Source of the DNA: Veleropilina oligotropha
Taxonomy: Eukaryota
Length of the DNA stretch: 64,000 bases
NCBI GenBank assembly: GCA_048128005.1
Contig: JBEUKZ010000107.1
Location: forward strand, 248,001 to 312,000
Direction of reading: 5' to 3'
Made by a program: the position numbers and the translations under genes. This document shows positions 60,228 through 64,000 of the stretch, piece by piece; the stretch's first letter is position 1, and each line of letters begins with the position of its first letter. The notes below the pieces were generated by a model that saw only the letters and a program-made list of their open reading frames with translations, had not been told where the DNA came from and did not search any database.

Positions 60228-63200
60228 ATGGATGACCTGCGCAATCTAGCGAAAGATTATGGGATTCCCGCTCGGTCGAAGCTCAAGAAGCACGACCTCG
60301 TCAGGGCAATCGCCAGGGTCCGTGCTGCGGAGTTTCGGAGCAGACTCGAGCGGGCGATGAAAACGGGAAGGTTCCCCTCCATACGTGGAGATGTGGAGAA
60401 CCCCCACAAAAGAGGCCGACGTGCTCGCGAGTTGCGGCAGATTAAGGACGAGGTCGACGCCGCCCTGCAGGCTCGTAAATACGAATCCCAGGCTGAGAAA
60501 AATCCCAGGATTCGACTGAAGCCACTTCGCGCCATCACGGATCGAATCGTCAAGCGGTCTCGGAAAGAGACCCTTGCCCATGCTATTGCTCGGAAGGGGC
60601 CCGATCTTCTCATCTCCAAAACGCCCCGGACAGCCCAGGACTACCAGAAGGATCTTCTAGGGCAATTTACCACACCCGAGGGACAACGATTCATCGACCT
60701 GGATGGCCAGGTCCCTCCCCCAGTAAGGCTCCCAGCAAAAGAGCCATGGGTGGAACTCTTGAGCGACGCCAAAGACGAGTTTGAGGTCGATGGCGCCACG
60801 GCGGCTTTCTCCACATGGAGGGTAGAAGTGGCTGGACGGCTGGCCCTGGATGCCCGTATGACAGATGCAAGGGCGGCACAGCTCCTCACAGCCCTTCCAA
60901 AGGGCGAGTATGTCCTTAGAATAAAGTTCTTGCGTGAGTGGGGTGAAGGTGACTGGGTGGTCGAAGACAAGTTTGACCCGGTGAAAGCTGCGAGGAAGAA
61001 GGGCCAGGGTGTCTTTGAGATCTCTCAGGACACTAAGCCGGGTGCTATCACTGGGGTCGACAAGGTCTACTACGAGAATGCCTACCCGGTCACTGCAGTC
61101 GTCTACGGCGTCTATCCTCTCAGAGAACCAAACCCCGCCAACCTGGTTCCGATGAAGAACGGCGACCTCAACTGCGTTGCCCAACGAGTGGTTGAGCACT
61201 TCGAAGGTGCCCTTAGAGGACACGGACTCACCCCGACAAGGCGGCAGAAAATACTGGAGTGGGAAGAGCGAGTCCACGTAACAGGCGCCACTGTGGATGA
61301 TATATCCATCCTCGAGAGGATCCTCAAACGGGCGATCATACTGAGAGATATTGCCGGCGAGGACATCTACAGCAGTGGGAAGTACCAGGGCTGGCATAGA
61401 CCAGTAGAACTCATCTGTCACAACGGCCACGCCTGGTCCAAGGACCTACACTTTCCGCAGTCTCGCGAGGTCCACCTGTATGAGGGCGATGTCTGGGAAG
61501 CTATCCGACAAGCCACCCAGAATGAGCCATTGGCTGTCTGGCTCCTTGGCGGTAAAGACCGACAGCTCGGCGTGGACCAGTTCGTGCTTCAGGACGGCCG
61601 CACGTACAGGACAAAAGAGACTCACGAGATACTCCAAGAAGCCTGTACAGCGCTGGGAAACGAGTCCCTAGCCGATCGAGCCTTTGGCGTGAACCATGCA
61701 GCTAGCATTATGGCTAAAGAGACCAACGGCTGGAAACCTACCCCAGCGGGCCTGCTCGATGATATCCAGAAGGCCTGCGTAGAGCATGGCCACGGCGGCC
61801 TGTGGAATTCCATGAATTACGACACGGGCGATGTCTGCTGCATCGATATGAAAGCCTGCTACCCTGCAAGCTTTCTGGGGAAGGGCGAGGCTAAGCCCTA
61901 TTTCGAAAGATTCGGACACCCAACCCACAGCATGACCCGGGTCGCAATTAACGGTCCTCTACCCCAAGATATCGGGACCGGGTTTGCTGAGGTCGTGGGG
62001 TGGGAGTTCGCACAAGACATCCACCCCGTCATTGTAGCATGGTTCGGAAAGCACTTTGCAGAGAATGGATGGGCACCAACCCCGCTGCTCGCCTTCCTCA
62101 TAGACTCTGGACTGCTAAAAAGCCTCAAGATCCGAGAAGCCATCATCGCATTCAAAAAGCAGACCGATGTCTGGCTTCCTCCGGATCGTGACCAGGGCTG
62201 CAGTATCATCGGCAAATTCACCCAAGGCGCCAAAGCTGACGGAAAGCGATTGACTCGTAGACTGGTGACCGACCAGGGTGAGCTCGACTTCCTCGTAAGA
62301 GACACCCGCCAAAGCGGCACCCTGGTTGGCGCTCCTCAGAGATGCCCTATGGGGCACATCCTCACGTACTATGATGGCTCCCAGCCTCAGTACGCCCACC
62401 TGAGGGCGTCCATGTTGGCCTATGCCCACATAAACCTCTTGAGCATGCTTCAGCGTTTCAGTGCAGCAGAAGCCGTCCGAGTAGCCACTGACAGCATCTA
62501 CCTCAAGAAGGCCTCGTTGGAGAAGCTCGACGATGTCACGGTGTACGTTGCCCCCAGACTCTGCGGCTGTGGCGAGAAATCGTGCGTCTCATGTCTGATC
62601 GCGGAGCCGTACCTTCCGCCAGTAGCACCGGCCCAGTGGCGTGACAAGGGCGAACAGCTGTATATGCCACAGGAACATGCCGCATACCTACCCAAGCCAG
62701 AGTATTGTTGTGCCGCCAATTCCAGCCAGCCGAGCACCGCGCCATGCTACAATGACACACTGACCCACCATCGCCTGAGTTACCTCAACGGTGGAGGGGG
62801 CTGTGGCAAGACTACGAGAGCGATCGAGCTCTTTCGGGCAAGGAATCCCGTCGTGTTCACACCAACCCACCGCCTCGCTAAAGAGATGCGGACCAGAGGC
62901 GTCAAAGCCCAGACCTACCACAGCTTCTTCCGATGGAGCGGCCAGAATGACTGGACGCCTGACCGCATGGGTCAGAAGTTCATCCCGCGCGTCATTATCT
63001 GGGACGAGGTCTGTACTGTTCCCCGGGCTATTCTAGAGATGTTCTTGGACTGGCTGGGCCGCCACGAAGTGCAGGTTATCTGCTGTGGTGATCAAGGCCA
63101 GCCACCACCGATTACGGGCGAGATGCCGCACGATTGGCTGCGAAAGACCGCGGACTACTATGAAGAGATCGAAGTAGACTACAGGGCGAAAGACGACCCT

Positions 63201-64000
63201 GCCCTCCAAGCCCTGAAAAGACGTATCCGTCTCCGGCCCGACAAAGTCCAGTGCGACGAGATGCGACGGACCCTCCCCAGCTGCCTCGGATGGGACCGGT
63301 TCGTCAACACCTGGAAGCCAGGCGACCTAATCCTCACAAGCCGTCAGAAGGTCCGCGAACGGGCTCAAGAGCTGTTGCTCCAGAGGCACAAGGAGCACTT
63401 CCCAGACTCCATGGTGCCTATCCTGTACCACCCCAGGGACAGCAGAAAACAGAACATCATGGTAACCATTCCGGGCACCAGCGACAGAGAGGAGCTAGTT
63501 CTGAACGACGTCGTCGAGGTCACCATTGAGGCCGCTGAGCGGGCTATCCTGACCCCGGATTGGCGCCTGGGCTATGCCCTGACCATCCATTCGAGCCAGG
63601 GTCTTACGATTCACGACCCACAGAAAGTCTGGATCATCGACGACTACCTTCAGTGGAGTAATCTCGCCTACCTAGCCGTGTCCCGGGTGGAGCTGCTGCG
63701 TCAGCTCGAACGGGTAACCTGTCCACCGGATGAGGGTTCTGAGGACAAGCCCCGGCCCCAAACCGAGCAACAGCTCCGAAAGACCATCCAGAAAAAGCTT
63801 GTGGCGTACAAACGCCAGGACCAGGCAACGGGACTCCCGGGGTTTAACCTCAAGGTCGACGACATCCTGCGGCTCAGAGAGGCCCAAAACAACCGCTGCG
63901 CAGCATGCAACATAGAGCTGCTCTGGGCATATTCCCCGAAGGACACACAGCAGTTCAGTGTCGACCGTGTGGACAACAGCAGGGGCCACACCCGCGACAA
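60228..64000 (+). CDS. PolB-like/SF1 helicase/HNH fusion of copy 2 with a different N-terminus (partial, no stop within window)
   Basis: Translated by hand from the ATG at 60228 (MDDLRNLAKDYGIPARSKLKKHDLVRAI...) with no stop; joins the copy 1-like sequence in frame at ~60612 (ISKTPRTAQDYQ). Probably missing from the ORF track because it has no stop codon in the window. Confidence 0.87.
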   Translation, partial: MDDLRNLAKDYGIPARSKLKKHDLVRAIARVRAAEFRSRLERAMKTGRFPSIRGDVENPHKRGRRARELRQIKDEVDAALQARKYESQAEKNPRIRLKPLRAITDRIVKRSRKETLAHAIARKGPDLLISKTPRTAQDYQKDLLGQFTTPEGQRFIDLDGQVPPPVRLPAKEPWVELLSDAKDEFEVDGATAAFSTWRVEVAGRLALDARMTDARAAQLLTALPKGEYVLRIKFLREWGEGDWVVEDKFDPVKAARKKGQGVFEISQDTKPGAITGVDKVYYENAYPVTAVVYGVYPLREPNPANLVPMKNGDLNCVAQRVVEHFEGALRGHGLTPTRRQKILEWEERVHVTGATVDDISILERILKRAIILRDIAGEDIYSSGKYQGWHRPVELICHNGHAWSKDLHFPQSREVHLYEGDVWEAIRQATQNEPLAVWLLGGKDRQLGVDQFVLQDGRTYRTKETHEILQEACTALGNESLADRAFGVNHAASIMAKETNGWKPTPAGLLDDIQKACVEHGHGGLWNSMNYDTGDVCCIDMKACYPASFLGKGEAKPYFERFGHPTHSMTRVAINGPLPQDIGTGFAEVVGWEFAQDIHPVIVAWFGKHFAENGWAPTPLLAFLIDSGLLKSLKIREAIIAFKKQTDVWLPPDRDQGCSIIGKFTQGAKADGKRLTRRLVTDQGELDFLVRDTRQSGTLVGAPQRCPMGHILTYYDGSQPQYAHLRASMLAYAHINLLSMLQRFSAAEAVRVATDSIYLKKASLEKLDDVTVYVAPRLCGCGEKSCVSCLIAEPYLPPVAPAQWRDKGEQLYMPQEHAAYLPKPEYCCAANSSQPSTAPCYNDTLTHHRLSYLNGGGGCGKTTRAIELFRARNPVVFTPTHRLAKEMRTRGVKAQTYHSFFRWSGQNDWTPDRMGQKFIPRVIIWDEVCTVPRAILEMFLDWLGRHEVQVICCGDQGQPPPITGEMPHDWLRKTADYYEEIEVDYRAKDDPALQALKRRIRLRPDKVQCDEMRRTLPSCLGWDRFVNTWKPGDLILTSRQKVRERAQELLLQRHKEHFPDSMVPILYHPRDSRKQNIMVTIPGTSDREELVLNDVVEVTIEAAERAILTPDWRLGYALTIHSSQGLTIHDPQKVWIIDDYLQWSNLAYLAVSRVELLRQLERVTCPPDEGSEDKPRPQTEQQLRKTIQKKLVAYKRQDQATGLPGFNLKVDDILRLREAQNNRCAACNIELLWAYSPKDTQQFSVDRVDNSRGHTRD

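Larger units (their letters stand above)
59334..64000. mobile_element. Second Polinton-like virus copy (left part only, cut by the window edge)
   Basis: Starts with the same AGCAGCAGGGGGGGTGA terminus; zinc-finger and polymerase-helicase genes are highly similar to copy 1. Confidence 0.93.

Overview
AT-rich, repeat-dense animal genomic DNA, probably from an invertebrate such as a mollusc (inferred from the repeat types). The window holds 15 internal + strand exons of a neurexin-family cell-adhesion gene (axotactin/CNTNAP-like; LamG-EGF-fibrinogen-like-LamG-EGF-LamG-EGF-LamG), whose reading frame I could follow through GT-AG junctions from 335 to 53221. The introns contain minisatellites, MITEs, hAT-, Tc1-, Kolobok- and EnSpm-like non-autonomous elements, Helentron-associated repeats, LINE fragments and a Penelope element. 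The main finding is an apparently intact 15.5 kb integrated Polinton-like virus at 36487-52029. It has ~260 bp TIRs ending AGCAGC...GCTGCT and a 5 bp ACATA target-site duplication. It encodes a retroviral-type integrase, an A32-like packaging ATPase, probable major and minor capsid proteins, and a 1223 aa fusion of a degenerate protein-primed PolB, an SF1 helicase and an HNH nuclease. It lacks a recognisable protease and carries an unusual set of membrane proteins, one beginning with adjacent ESCRT late-domain-like motifs (PSAP and LYPxL), which hints at a budding or enveloped particle. A second, related but mosaic copy starts at 59334 in the next intron and runs off the window. All protein calls come from motif reading by eye; no database searches were run.
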